The notes under the pieces: model-generated
Told to the model about the DNA's origin: nothing
Seen by the model: the letters and a program-made list of their open reading frames with translations, nothing else
Database searches by the model: none
NCBI RefSeq assembly: GCF_000143415.4
Contig: NW_003314294.1
Span: forward strand, 1,106,416 to 1,170,415
DNA: 64,000 bases
From: Selaginella moellendorffii
Taxonomy: Eukaryota; Plantae; Lycopodiophyta
Reading direction: 5' to 3'
Part shown: piece after piece, positions 1-13,300 of the stretch
Layout: each line of letters opens with the position of its first letter
Position numbering within the stretch: position 1 is the first letter of the stretch
Made by a program: the position numbers and the translations under genes

Positions 1-865
1 ATGCCTTCATGCAGACCAAACCCCTCTGGAAGACCATGCCCCCCACCTGATGTTCTGAAGCATCAACAGATGACCGTAATGCCTCATACACAAAATTGCG
101 AGCTGCCTTCCAGGACAATGTCTTGTATCTTGCTCTCTCCTCTTCAATAGCATCCCAATCAGCATGTTGACAGCACCTCCTCTTGCAACAAGCAACTGTC
201 GAGACCATTCGAACCTCCATCGCCATTTTCTGCCTTTTCGGTTCGTTGCTCAGATCCCTTTGGCTGCGCTTTAGGAAGGTGTACTTTCTTTTCCTATGAA
301 GAGATGTTCTGTCATCAGTTGTAGTGGTGTTTGATTGTGAATCCTTCACATTCTCAAACACTAAGTGCCTCAATTTCCACCGCACAATGCTTCCAATAGT
401 CAGACTGTTTTCTTCTGTGTCAACAACCTCTAAAATCGCAACTCCAATATCATCCCAGCCCAATTCTTGATTAGCAACCGCATCTCTTGGATCGACAACT
501 GTGGCTAAGCCCTCAGCTACCACCTCCCCCTCGGGGTTGTTTAGAAACACCTTTGCCTGAATCCATGTAGCACGGTTCTTAAGATCCACGGAGGGAACAT
601 GCGTCGCACTTGCGCTGTCCCCAACATCTGTTTTCTTCTGAAGATTTTTCAAGGCAACAACAACATTTACCCCGACGACCATCTCTCCTCGTTCAATAGC
701 GACCACATTCCCATCGAAGACAGTCTCTACTGATACAGCAGCATTGCCTTCCCCAAGCCTTTGACAGTGTATAACAAAGTTCCGATCCATAGACACAAGG
801 GTCCCTTTTGCAACTCTCTTCCCACCATTCAAAATGTAAACCTTTTCCCCAACTCTGAAGGCCAT
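1..865 (-). CDS. Edge-truncated ORF (at least 288 aa), probable DNA-transposon protein (two Tnp1/DUF8039-like repeats, then a CCxxxCC...VCxKA Cys region)
   Basis: Manual translation from ATG 865 (right after a ttttctgcacttccag acceptor) is stop-free to base 1: MAFRVGEKVYILNGGKRVAKGTL...KVFLNNPEGEVVAEGLATVVDP...IGSIVRWKL...ACCKRRCCQHADWDAIEEERARYKTLSW...GLVCMKA. It is missing from the ORF track, probably because it runs off the edge. The family call is from motif memory. Confidence 0.6.
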   Translation of the reverse strand, partial: MAFRVGEKVYILNGGKRVAKGTLVSMDRNFVIHCQRLGEGNAAVSVETVFDGNVVAIERGEMVVGVNVVVALKNLQKKTDVGDSASATHVPSVDLKNRATWIQAKVFLNNPEGEVVAEGLATVVDPRDAVANQELGWDDIGVAILEVVDTEENSLTIGSIVRWKLRHLVFENVKDSQSNTTTTDDRTSLHRKRKYTFLKRSQRDLSNEPKRQKMAMEVRMVSTVACCKRRCCQHADWDAIEEERARYKTLSWKAARNFVYEALRSSVDASEHQVGGMVFQRGLVCMKA

Positions 866-950
866 TCTGGAAGTGCAGAAAAGAAGTTAAGACCATACAA
901 AAAATGATTGGAGAATGGCCTAAATCATAACATACCAAACAACCTCAATA

Positions 951-2730
951 GCATGAGGCCATATGCTATTATTCAAACATGCTATTGACACCCACGTGAA
1001 ATTTTGCATTCACAAAATTGGCATGAGGCCTCATGCCATCTTGATATACACACAGCTGCAGGCAAGTAAAAACATACATGACAATACGCTAGCCATGAAA
1101 TTGCAAAGGCCCAAGATGGCATGTGGCCTCATGCCATTTCTAAATGTGGTCCTAAGCCATTCCATGGTGAACATACCAGGAAGCACAAGTGCCGAATATC
1201 AAGAGGAAGCGGTAGCCACACCAAAGACAGTGCCGCTCGCAACACCGCAACTCCTCGTAGCGCCGCTCGCAACACCGCAACTGCTCGTAGCGCCACTCGC
1301 ACAAACTGCCACTCGCATAAACTGCCGCTCGCAATGGCGCTCGCAATGCTGCAACCGCTCGTAGACGCATAAACCACAACCCACAACGCCGCTTACACAA
1401 GCAGCGCTCACTGCGCTCAGCGGAACCAAGAACATGGCGCACAAAAATGATAGACCTAGGAATGAGTTCGAGAATTCAAAAATAACACACGCTTGAACGT
1501 CACATCAAATCCTCTGACAAACCAGATTTTATGATTCCTCTGACAAATTTCAAACTGAGTAGCTTCTAGACTTTGCTGTCGGAGGTTGAACTTTGTCACA
1601 TCATGTCCTTGCCTCGATCCAGCTGTGCCATGTCAGTGATTCGAACTTTGCCATGCCATGTCAGCGATCCGCGCCAAGATTATTCGCTGTGTAAAGGAAT
1701 AATTATGCTGTGTGTGTACGTCCATTTATGGCAATATAAGGCCACACGCCATTCAAAGAATAATGCTCGACATAAGGCCACACGCCATTCAAAGAATAAT
1801 GCTAGTCGAGCATTTTTTGGTGCATTTTTGGGTTCAAAATTGCATGAGCCCACACGCTATAAAGTTTATCTGTACCAAAAATAGAAACAGCTTTATTTAC
1901 TTGGGAATTTAAGTGGTTGAGGCATTTTTAAACTTACAAACACATGCCCTACTTACATTCCTTTGGTTGCTTAAAATTCAAAAATATTATAAACCTTTCT
2001 TTTTGCATTTTCAATGTTTTCAATTATGGTTTTTGATTTTCGTAGGACCAGCCTAGTAATCTATTTGCATCCCGTCATGTTTATAGCTAGCTTTCGTTTG
2101 TCCCCTTCGCTAGCCTGAGATACATCTGCTCGGCATCTGCCTCTTACAGCATTTGCCCAGAAAGGGCATCTTTCTTCACGCAGCATTTGCCACATGTTTA
2201 GGGTTTAGGGTTTAGGGTTTAGGGTTTAGCAATTCAGTAGCTTGATAAACATGCAAATATAGAACTTGATGCAAAATCCTTTGATATGTCACAATGCCCC
2301 TAGGACCATAAACACATTTCAATAGAGAGGGTCCTTTCATTTCATAACTCCTTACGTAGATCTTGGTGAAACCAGAGTTAGTGAAGTTAGTTTCTTATGA
2401 TCCCGCATCTGATTGTGATGTCCCTTTGCAGTTTTGATGGAAAGGTCAATGCACACCAAACTGTAAAATCTTGGAGCAAAATAACGGTCGGATTTATGGC
2501 AAATGCCCCTGAAACATTGTAAGGCTCGTGTGGTCTCATGTGATGTCCGATCGAGATGCTTCTTTGCAGGGTCATCAAGAAAGACATTGTATACCATTCT
2601 GTAAAATCTAGTTGCGATATAACGGTTGGATCTCCAGAAAACTCAAAAAAATCTCGCGCGTGTCAGAATATCCTAGGAATATACTCCTATGTGCCCCTGA
2701 AAATGGCATGCGGCCCCACGCCATTCAAGA
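951..2730. repeat. Dispersed ~20-bp motif (GCATGAGGCCYCAYGCCATT-like) plus 30-bp and 36-bp tandem repeats
   Basis: Motif copies at about 951, 1021, 1119, 1736, 1772, 1842 and 2707, with an inverted copy at about 2527. 30-bp units gccgctcgcaacaccgcaact at about 1232-1300. A 36-bp unit occurs twice at 1736-1803. Confidence 0.75.
2197..2229 (+). repeat. Interstitial plant telomeric repeat (TTTAGGG)4 plus TTTAG
   Basis: Read directly from the sequence. Confidence 0.9.
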
Positions 2731-3235
2731 GATACCACCCGAAGACGCCGAGAATTTTTTGGGGCATTTTTTGGGTTCAAAAATTCCTGAACCCCCCCCG
2801 CTAAAAAGGTTATCTTTGCCAAAAAAAGAAAAAGATTTTTCTTTGTTCCTGGGGGGGGGAGTTACCCGCCCTTTGGGGGCCGGGAATTGGCCCTTTTGGG
2901 GAATTTTGCCCGGAAAGGGAATTTTTTTCCTCCTCCCGCAATTGGGGGGTGGGAAATAAAAAAAAAATAAAAAACAAAAAAAAAAAAAAAAAGAAGAACA
3001 AAAAAAAAAATTAAAGAAAAAAGAAAAAAAGCAGACAAAAAAAAAAAACAAAAAAAAAGGGAAAAAAAAAAAAAAAAGAATAAAAAAAAAAAAAAAAACT
3101 ACTGAACAAAAAAATAAAAAAAAAACTAAGAATCACAAGAAAATAAAATAAAAAAGCAAAGAAAAAAGATAAAAAAAAGAAAAAAGAAAAAAAAAAAAAA
3201 AAAGAAAAAACAAAAAAAAAACCAAGTAAAAAAAT
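2730..3235. other. Low-quality read end or assembly junction
   Basis: 2750-2860 is a homopolymer-inflated copy of 1812-1905, followed by about 280 nt of near poly-A noise. Confidence 0.8.
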
Positions 3236-6097
3236 GTAAATGATAGACAGTCAAGTCAAATCATTGAAGATGATCGGCCAATCCGAGGGCTTAAGTGGAC
3301 TCTTTGAGACTCCTGTCAGCTATTTTTCTGATTTCAACATCCAACACCGACGTCCGCAGAATGCAAAATGAACATCTAAAGCTTGATCATGGAGACCATA
3401 TCTTTGGATATTCACATTTCACTAACACTCTTCTTCGATTACCTTCAAGATCCAATGTGAAGCCAAAACATTAACAAGAAAAATGACATGGAAAATCAAG
3501 CTCTAAGGAAAATTCTTCATCACCCGAATCAACAATGCCACTTCCACTAACACAAGTGCTAGCGCTATCAATGCCTTAACTACACACCTTTTCCATTCAA
3601 CAATCTACTCCAAGTGCTAACGGATAAACCAACAAGCCATAGTAAATGAATGCTACAACCCTTTTCCAACACCTGAATGGGCAAACTCAAGGAACTAAGG
3701 AACCAACTTAAGCTTAGCATAATGGACCATTATTGAAAACTCAGTCAAAGTTATTACAATGCTACTTCGTGTAAGTAGACTAGCTTCTCCATCAACCACT
3801 TTGGGGTTGATCATCGTTTAACCAAGCAACTTCGTAAACACATTGCTCATTATCACATGGATATGATATGGAAATCACAATGATTTGATCATCAATTGAG
3901 CAACACCACGAGTAATGTCTATGTCATTACTTCAAAGGTTTATGTGAGTATCAAGTGCAAACTCGATTCGACAAAATGCAACATAAATGCCACACTCCAC
4001 CGATAGAGATTTACAACACTCAGCACCACTAACTTTTGTTCACAACATGGACAAACTCATGCCACTCTCTTTTCAACCAAACTCAACACTAATCCAACAC
4101 CGAGTTACTCAAGGAGCAACAGCAAGGTTCCTCGGAAAAGAATTGAGCATTGCAACCCCAGTCTTCCATAGCAAGCCTAGACAAAATGGTATAACATTTC
4201 ACCGCTATCCATCCCACAACTCACCATTTGTAAGACCACCATCTCCAACATGCATCAAGATAGGGACTCTTGATTGCATAATGTGAACACGAGCAATGAG
4301 TCACACCTCATTGCAAATCATCCCTCCAGGAAGAGAAGATGATTTACGTGTTTGACCCTTCGTCCCCGATGACTCTCTTTTCGGTCTCATCTTTTGACTT
4401 AACCTCAAGCTTGCCTTCGCACTGCCTTCAGTCCAATCCAAGAAAAGTTTATGAGAGAGCACGACAATGATTACTTGAACCAATAGACTAATCCCTACAG
4501 TCTTAGTTGATCCACTTGTAATCATGCTTAGGAAAGATCTACTAGTGCCGTGCTAAACAGCTACGGACCAGCCTATTTGCCACTCATAGCAAACTCAGGG
4601 AAGTTTGCTTCCACCCACGGTACAAGGAACAACTTATGGAACCACCGATAGGCTAACATTAATCCTGCCAACTCAAAGTGTAACCTTGAGTTGCTAATGT
4701 GCCTCACTCACGAGTCCAAGCTCAAACTCGTGCGAACGGAACAACTCGATCCCTCTTGTGAGCCCAAGCTCAAACTCACATCATAAAGTACAATAAGGTA
4801 ACCAAGATCCATACCCAAGGAACGATTGCAAACCCTTTGCACCAAACGTGTACCCACTCGGATCATCGTTTTCATCTCTGCGTATGCAACGAGACTAGTT
4901 GCCCAATCTCATTGAATAGTACTCGCTGACACTCATTCTCTGATACCAAATGTAGCGCACGTGGTTTTGACCCTTTATCCTATGGTGATTTACCATAGGA
5001 TAACACCACGAAGCGGAACCTAAACCCTCTTTGTGCCACGTGATAGATGCCACGTGTCAATGCCACATGTCCATGCCACGTGTCCACAGGAACCCGAGGT
5101 TCAGGGCCTTGGGCCATTGAACGAAGGAACGGTGCCAAACTCCCAAGCATGAAGTCAAAGAGTGACGGAACCGAACCACGGAGCAACTCCCGAGCATACA
5201 GCCCAAGGAGTGAAGGGACAGGAGCCCGGAGTGACTTGGAACAATCCTAGAGCAACCAGCATCCCAATGCCAGGACCAGCACGCAAAACGGAGCCAAACG
5301 GAGTCTGGCGCTATTTCAGCATACCGGTGGCCTAACGCAAAGATATGGGTACTCCACCAACTAGCATGGAATGGAACTTGGGCTTAGACCCAAGCCGGAC
5401 GCAGAACAAGGACAGGCACGCAAGCGGGAGCTAGACTATGCCTCAGGTTGGTCGGCCATACCCGACCTACCCACTATCCCTACTATACATTTGGAACCCC
5501 CCCACAGCCCCCCCCCCCTTGAGGAACACACGCTTTGGGCTTTCACCCCAAACCTCCCTTAGTATCAGGAGTTAGTCTCTGGGACAAGCTCGAAACTTAC
5601 TAAATATGGAATGTCCCTAGATTGCGAATTTGGACACGGGACGAACACCATTGTGTTCAGGACGATCTCTACATTCCGTAGATATGCCAAATGAGCAAAT
5701 CTGGACACTTTCCATAAATAGCATTTGGGACCGAAATAAGACTAACACAAAGGGCATGATAGCGAGGGTGTTTGGCAGGCACGGTATGCTATCATGTAGC
5801 GATATTGAGGGACTAATCTCAATACGCGAGGGTTCTTGTCACTAGCAAGTGCAAGACAAAACGAGACGGGAACTCCTTACCGGGCTAAGTATGCTTAGCT
5901 AATAACACGTAGGAATTCCGTCCTTATGCTCGTCCAGTCTAAGTACACTCGAAATGCCCAGTTAACTCCACTAACACAAGAGGGACTGATAAAGGGTCCA
6001 GCAATACCAACCTCCTGCCATCGTGGCAGTAAGGTAAGAGTGTCCGTAAGGACTGGTCGATAGGTAACTTTTGATACCCGAAGTCACATGCGCGACA
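3236..6097 (-). mobile_element. LTR retroelement D: 5' LTR 4951-6097, tRNA-iMet PBS, non-coding or decayed internal region, truncated at the low-quality junction
   Basis: LTR termini tgtagcgcac...atgcgcgaca form an imperfect inverted repeat (TG...CA). The minus strand reads TGGTATCAGAG at 4948-4938, 2 nt inside the LTR end. No long ORF in the internal region. Confidence 0.75.
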
Positions 6098-6299
6098 AAG
6101 TGCTTCCTAGCCTATGCAACTTAGGTATAATACTTTAAAATGTTGTTTGTTGGTTTCCATGAATAAGAAGATCTCATAGGAAGAGGTATGGCTATAGTAT
6201 CCTATGCTAAATCTTCTATCATTGTCTTTGCAATACTAACATCCCCCCTATTAGAATTATTGAGAAGATCACCTTGTATGGAGTTCTCAAAATGATGTT

Positions 6300-8545
6300 T
6301 CTTTCGAATAGGATCTTTTGGAAATTCTAGTGGTGGTAATGAAACTTTTAAGGGTGATTTAACAGGTAGTGGAGGTAATAATTCTATAGGTAACTGTTTG
6401 AATATATTTGTTGTAGTCTCCTCTTGATTATCTTTAAATACATTTTTGAGAACCAGATTTAAACAATATTTGCCACTTTTCCCTAGCTAACTAATGAAAT
6501 AGAGTATGCTGAACTATTTCTTAAAAGAAAATAGTTTGTTAAATAGGCACTCTCTTCTAGCTGAAGATCCATATATGATATAACCAAGTATTATGCAACT
6601 TATTGCATCTTTCTTCATTTAATATATATGAAAATCTTATATAGCCAAACATGCGTAAGTATGTAAGAGAAGGTTTACTACCTATCCAATTTTATATAGT
6701 TTTATCTCCAGTACAACTTTTGCATTTTATATGTGTATTATGGTATTCATAGCTTTGACCTAGAAAAACATTAAACATTTATAGCTTTGAGCATTTCTCT
6801 TGCTATGTTGAGAATGGTAAGTATTCATCTCTCCATAACCCCATTTTGGCCATGATTATATAGTATAGAGATTTGAAGTGATATACTTTATAATGTAAGG
6901 ATTGTGTGGAACTCTGCAAAGAGAAGATCCTATTCTCCATCAACTCTGATTTACTGATACGTGTTCTAAGTGAAGTTTCTAACTCATAGATTTTGAGGAG
7001 CATCAAATTTTTACCTCAAAAAGTGAACAATTGTGAAATGATTGAGATCATCCACAATTAGTAGAAAATATAGAGTATGGGTTAAAGATTTTATCAATGA
7101 TAGTCCCCAAATATCAATATGAACTAGATCTAAAACAGTTTTACCTTGATTGGAAGTTTTTTTTTGTAGTGGCTTCTTCGTCCATTTTACTCGTAAATAG
7201 CTTTTATACATTTTAAAGTTTGCATTCCATAAATTTACTACCCCTTCAAACTAGTTGAGGAGTTTCTCTCACCCATCTAAAGCTTGCATGTCTCAATTGA
7301 AGATGCCACAACTATAATATTGAACCATTAGTAATAGAAACAGAATTTATACTTGGAGTATAAAAAAAAGAAAGAAATAAAGTTCATTTTTAACCATGGT
7401 CTGAGCAATTTATGTATGATGAAAGGTGAAATCTATTACTGTGCAATAAAAAAATGTGTAGATTCCTTATTTTCTAAGCTTAGAAATCAATAGAAGATGC
7501 TTGGTTAACTTCAAAATATATAAAAATTTAGAAACTTTAAATTGAAAACAAGGAAAAATATCTATCCCAAAAGCTATTATTTGCAAAACTTCCCTAGTCA
7601 TTGTACTTAAAAATATAGTGAATATTCTAAAACTTATCTTTTGAAATAACACTTTATTCAATGTCATATGATGTGTCACACCACTATCTATCAAATTGTA
7701 TTCTAACATTTGCCTAACTCATCATTTTTCTTAATTGTTGTCATATTTGCTATCAACCCCTTGCATTTGCAATCATTTTGGCTCAAACAATTAACAACAA
7801 AATATCCAAATCTACAACATTCATTATAATGAACATTCTAATACTTCAAATATACCTATACACCAAATTTTATTTGCTTCTTATACTTTGCCGTTTAATT
7901 GTTGTTCTACTAATCACTTGAGCAACCATTGCAATATGATCTTCCTTCTACTTGAAATCACTAATACCATCCTTCTCTTGAAAAATGTCATTCAAGCTTG
8001 TGTAATGATGAATATTAGCAATCACTTGATTTAGTCCTAGTCTAAGACTATTCATTTAAAGCTTGATATTCCTTTTAGTACTTTTTATTCAAGCCAAAAA
8101 TCATAAAAGCCCTAGTCCCATTTGAGAATATTCACTGCATGTTCAGTAGTTTATTGCCAAACATCATCATTCACTCTATGTAGTCTTGTGCTTTTTTTTG
8201 TAAACCTTATTTACAATTCACCATCTACCTAAAAATACTCATCATAATAGCCCATAATTGTTTGCAATAGAATTGTTGTGGTGCTTGCCAATGGTTTATG
8301 AATTCTTAATCTAAACACATTCTATCAATATGACATTGCCATATTCAACTTTGAAAACTTTGCCTTCACAATTAAGAACCATTTATCATAAGAAAAGAGA
8401 AACTCCCTTTCCTCATCTCTATCTAAAGGTATTGCCCACTACTTAAAAATGATAAAGAAATGATACCTGCTTAACAAACGTCTCATGCTATAAATCACTA
8501 GAAAAAAAAAATCTAGAATGAATAAAATATTCTCTAATACTATAA
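6300..8545 (-). pseudogene. Decayed Ty1/Copia gag-pol relic
   Basis: Protease-like LIDSGVTHHMT (ORF 7467-7709) lies upstream of integrase-like VLDLVHIDIWG...YFLLIVDD...VHFLR (7011-7211), the Copia domain order. Many stops. Possible eroded PBS near 8532-8542. Boundaries are approximate. Confidence 0.75.
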
Positions 8546-10341
8546 TGGAAAGAATGAACAAGAAAATTCTATTATGTGGAACAAGACTTATATGTGTGTT
8601 CCTATCCTAAACCCCTTAAAGTTTAGACGTTTATTTTTATTTACTATTGAATATTTTATATTTAATTTCTATTTTCTTTATATTTTGAATTTGTGGATAT
8701 AGGAAAAAAGTATATTAATTAGGCAATTATAAACTACCACAAGAATTTGAAGCTTCCATAAAACCACTAACAAAGTTGTTGATAATTATGATTGAAATAA
8801 AACCCTTATAAAACTATAACTTTGAACCAAAACAAGGGATTTTGATAACTATTGTATTCCATGAAATGCCATTGCAGCAAATGATATATCTTGCCTTCAA
8901 GTTTGCTTACCAATAATCTTCCAAAAAAACCATTAACTTAAACTTATGACCATAAGTAGAACTTACATTTGCATCTTTCTTTTGATTAACATCCAAGACC
9001 TATGTTAACTTAGACTTATGACTGTTGTCCTCATCCAACACTACACATGGGAGTTTAAACTTACCTCATTCATCCTCCACATTTTCTTTATCCCCTCCTA
9101 AAACGAAAAAATATAATTCTGAAGTATAAGTTTTGTTCAAATTTGCTACACTTATCCTCACTCTACCATATATATTCAGCTTCACTCAATTATTGCATCC
9201 GTTCAACCTCACTTTGTTGGGGTTGGATGTTCCATTCAAATTTGTTATGTTCTATAAGGGACTAAATTTTCCATTCTACTTTAGTCACTTAACCACACCT
9301 TCGACTACTTGGAGGAGTCTCAATCACAACCTCCATAAGTCCATTTCAGGACTTGGGACTTACTAGCCCTGAGAATGGCATCCATGCCACTCAACATTTG
9401 CACTGGGTCCAAGTGCTCCACGTGTCCGATCCCATGACCGACACTCAAAAGTACCACCGACATGGCAGCCTGTTACGCTAAGGCCATGCCCAATCACCTT
9501 TGCCACACTGGTAGTCCAATACCACTTGTATCACAGTCTTAGCTCTCCAAGACTAGGCAAACCATCCATGAGTGGTCATCTCAGATCCACTCCTTAACAT
9601 CCTTAGGATGCCCACTGACAAGGGGAATAGCCTTCCCCAATATCCCTCTGTCAGTCCCCACTAAGTCCCTTTCTGCCCCTAGCCGTGTTTGCCAACACTG
9701 CCACTGGATCGAGACCCATAGGCCCGACCACTAAGTCCCACGGTCCTCTGGGACTTCCTCACCACACGACTGTGTCCTTGGTCACTACCCCAGAGGACTG
9801 ATCCTCTTCCTTTCCACAGTCTGGGCCTTTGGGACAACATTTCGGAACACCGTGGCCTTACGCGAGCCACCTGGGTACTCTTCCCACCTTCCGCCCTTGG
9901 GTGCTCTAGCCATGGGCTTAGAGCGAGGTCCCGTTGAGCCACGCCTGGTATCCAAGTAGGTAGTGCCACCCACACTTGGACTGGGAGCATCGGCTAGTCG
10001 ATCTCCCGGGGGAACTAGAGCCGACTCTTGAACACTTCACCAAGCTACCCCGCTTGTTGGTCCGTGTTCACTCTAGTCTTGGACTTCCCAGTGGTTAACT
10101 CATCACCCAACACTGGGTCTGGCCTTTCTGGGCCAAACTGGCCTTTCCTGGCCAAACTAGTTCCACTGGGCTCCAACCCCCACACTCTCCCTACTATACT
10201 TTTGGAACCCCCCGCAGCCCCCCCCCCCCCTCCCCCCCCCTTGGGGGACGATCGCTTTGGGCTTTCACCCAACTGCCTATATTAGTATTCGGACTTGGAC
10301 TTGGACTCGGACTCGGACTCGGTCTCGGTCCCGGATTCGGA

Positions 10342-10378
<37 letters not shown>

Positions 10379-13300
10379 CCGGTCTCGGTTCCATCTCGGA
10401 CTCCATATCGGACTCCATCTCGGACTCCATCTCGGACTCCATATCGGACTCCATCTCAGACTCCATCTCGGACTCCACTTCGGGTCCATCTCGGACTCCA
10501 TATCGGACTCCATCTCGGACTCTTCCACGTGTCATGTGTTGGTCCTTTTGGGGTCCCTTTTTGGAGCCTTGCTTATTGCTCGCTTCATGCTCGCTCCTTG
10601 AGCACTTTGTTGGGAGTTCCACTCCCGCTCTCGACCTTCCAAGTTAGAGCTTTTAGTCCAAACGTGTTACACTCATTTGGCTTTTGCTTCGGCCACTACC
10701 ATGTGGCACCCTTTCCAGCTCCACTTTGGGGCCTAGGGATTTTGTGTCTCACAACTCCACCACCCATAGACGAAGTTTGATGTCCTCATCGAACAATAAA
10801 CTATTTTATAAAGTAACACCCGCATGTGTTACCATTTCCATCCTTGGCACCTAGCCAATATTTGTCAATAGTTTGACATTGAAGGCTCACCATGCCTTCT
10901 CCATATTTGTCAATGGTTTGACACCAAAGGCTCACTATGCCTTGCCTATCCTCTAAGGAGCATAGTCTTTCCAACATAGAGACTTATTCGACCACCTGGG
11001 GTGGTTTGCTCCCTTTTATTGGTTCAGTTCTCACTAAACCTGTTAGAGACATCTTCTCTAACTCAATTCCCACTACTCATTCTCGAGTGGTCTCAGTTCC
11101 CATCGATATAACCTTTGCACTTTGGAACTTTGAATTTTGACTTCTTGGAGTCAATTTCCTAGGTGTCTCCGACACCTTGCCTTGCACCTTTTGTGCAACT
11201 CTACTTCCCATCCTAGGAAGTTCTCTACTCGAGGGCACCATCATCCTCTCTTCTATTTCGTGCCACCCTGGGGCATTAAGTTCCAGTTATCATACTTTGT
11301 GCTAGGGCTGTTCATGGCCCTATCATTTGGCTACCTTACCGCTCCCTCCTTTGGAGCTTCTCCTTTCGCCAAATCGGAGCAATTTGGAATCCATCCTTGG
11401 AAACACACTTCCTTTCCTGCAATTTATTAGCGTCCAACACATTAGTGTTCCTCGCCTAACTTTGCCACTTGGATTCCTTCCAAGGGATTCCACGGCCCTA
11501 TCTTGGCCACTCATCTTTTGCTCCTATCCGTTGATTATTGCACCAAGCAACACCGAATCTCTACCTCCCTCCTTGAGGTATTTTTTTGATTCCATAGCAA
11601 AGGCTCTGCTTTGCCAAGACTAGGGTGTTCACCCCTAGTAAGTCTCTTTAGCATCTTCTGCTGTGGGCTCTATCCATGTCCCAACTTTGTGACCCTCCCA
11701 TGGGTCTCTTTAGAGACTACTTTCCTTAGACACACTATGCCATCGCAATGACATAGTTTATTTCCCTAAGGTGCTTTTCTCACTTGGTCACCTTGACCAA
11801 ACCACACCATCATCAATAGTTCAAATCAACACTTTGAACTAAGAACCTTATTCCTTAGCCCAAACAAGAACCTTGTCCTTATTTAGCCACAAGATCACCT
11901 AGTGATCTCACCTCGGCACATTAACAGGTTTGCCAATAGGTACTAGGTCTTCCAAACCTTTAACTTGTTAACTATGACCCCGGGGGCATCCCCCACACTT
12001 GGCGGTGTGCCCAAGCCAGCCCTTCTGGCCAAGGGTCCATAGCAACTGAGACTAGGTGTCCCCATCTCATTCACCACGTCATTGGTGCCACTTGCACCAA
12101 AGTGTTCAAGTTAGATATGTTGAGCTACACTAAGCAATCTAACCGTGCATCACGACTCCGAGGCATCCCTCGCTTAGCGGTGTGCCCAAGCCAGTCTCCA
12201 CACTGAGAGTCCATGACCACCGAAAAATGAGTGTCCTCATATTCCAAACCATCACCACGCCTTAGTGAGTTGGGACTCGAACCCAAGCACTAGAGGGTCG
12301 GGACTCGAACCCAACCTCCGTATATGCATCTACGGATGGCATCACCCAGGATGCCTGGCGTGACTCTCCACGCCGATGCACCAACTTATACTCAAAGCGC
12401 GCTATAGATCACAGCTTAAGAACCTAATTCCTCCACACTGCCAAGTCCTCTCACTTGACAAGTCTGTGATCATGCATGGATTCCTCCATGCTTGGCCTCA
12501 TGACCCACCCTTTTTGAAGTTATCACCTTCAACTAGGGTATTTGTTCCCTTGACTTGCCAATCTCCCTTTGGCAAGTCCTCCGACCACTGTAACATGGTT
12601 CCTACACAAGCGTGAAAGCCCTTGGTCATTGACTTTCGTTCAAAGCCCTCTCTTTGAACACTTGGGAACTACTTCCTTAACTTTGATAGCCTTGCCTCAT
12701 GGCAAGCTTCAAGACCACGCTTCTACTGCGCCACTCTGATTTCGCGCGTTCCTTGAACCATTTACGCTTGGCCTTTCTAGGTACTAAGCTACCTAGAATC
12801 ATCTTTGGGAACCTTGAAGGAACTCTGTCCCTTAGCTTGCTAAGGCCTCCCTTTTTGCAAGCTTTCCAATTACCATATAGTCTAACATGGACAATTCCAT
12901 ATTTTAGACTCTCCATGGCATCACGGTTGCTAGCGGCAACACCCTCGAGCCCCCACTTGATTCTCCACTCTCAGCTGGCATAACCAACCTTGGTTATGCC
13001 CTTCGATTCCTATGGTTCGGTTCTATCCCCTTACTTTTTGCTTTTGGCTTCACACCTTTCCTTCGGTCATTCTCCTCCAGACCAGGAGAATAACTTTGCA
13101 GTTTCTTTCATGCCTTAGCAAGTATTCTTAGGGATGAACCTACCCGATAGCCTAGGGAGTGGTTCCTCAATCCAGGTATGCTCACCCTATAATCCCACAC
13201 AACGAGATTACGTTGTTGCTTACGGGCCTTTACATGCCCATCACTAGCCTTGCCAAAATTCCCTTTTTGGCTTTGTCCAATTCGAGTAGACAGTCTTCTC

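Noticed and set aside
2730-3235. Poly-A tail or F/K-rich ORFs
   Set aside because: A homopolymer-degraded read end. Adjacency across it is unreliable.
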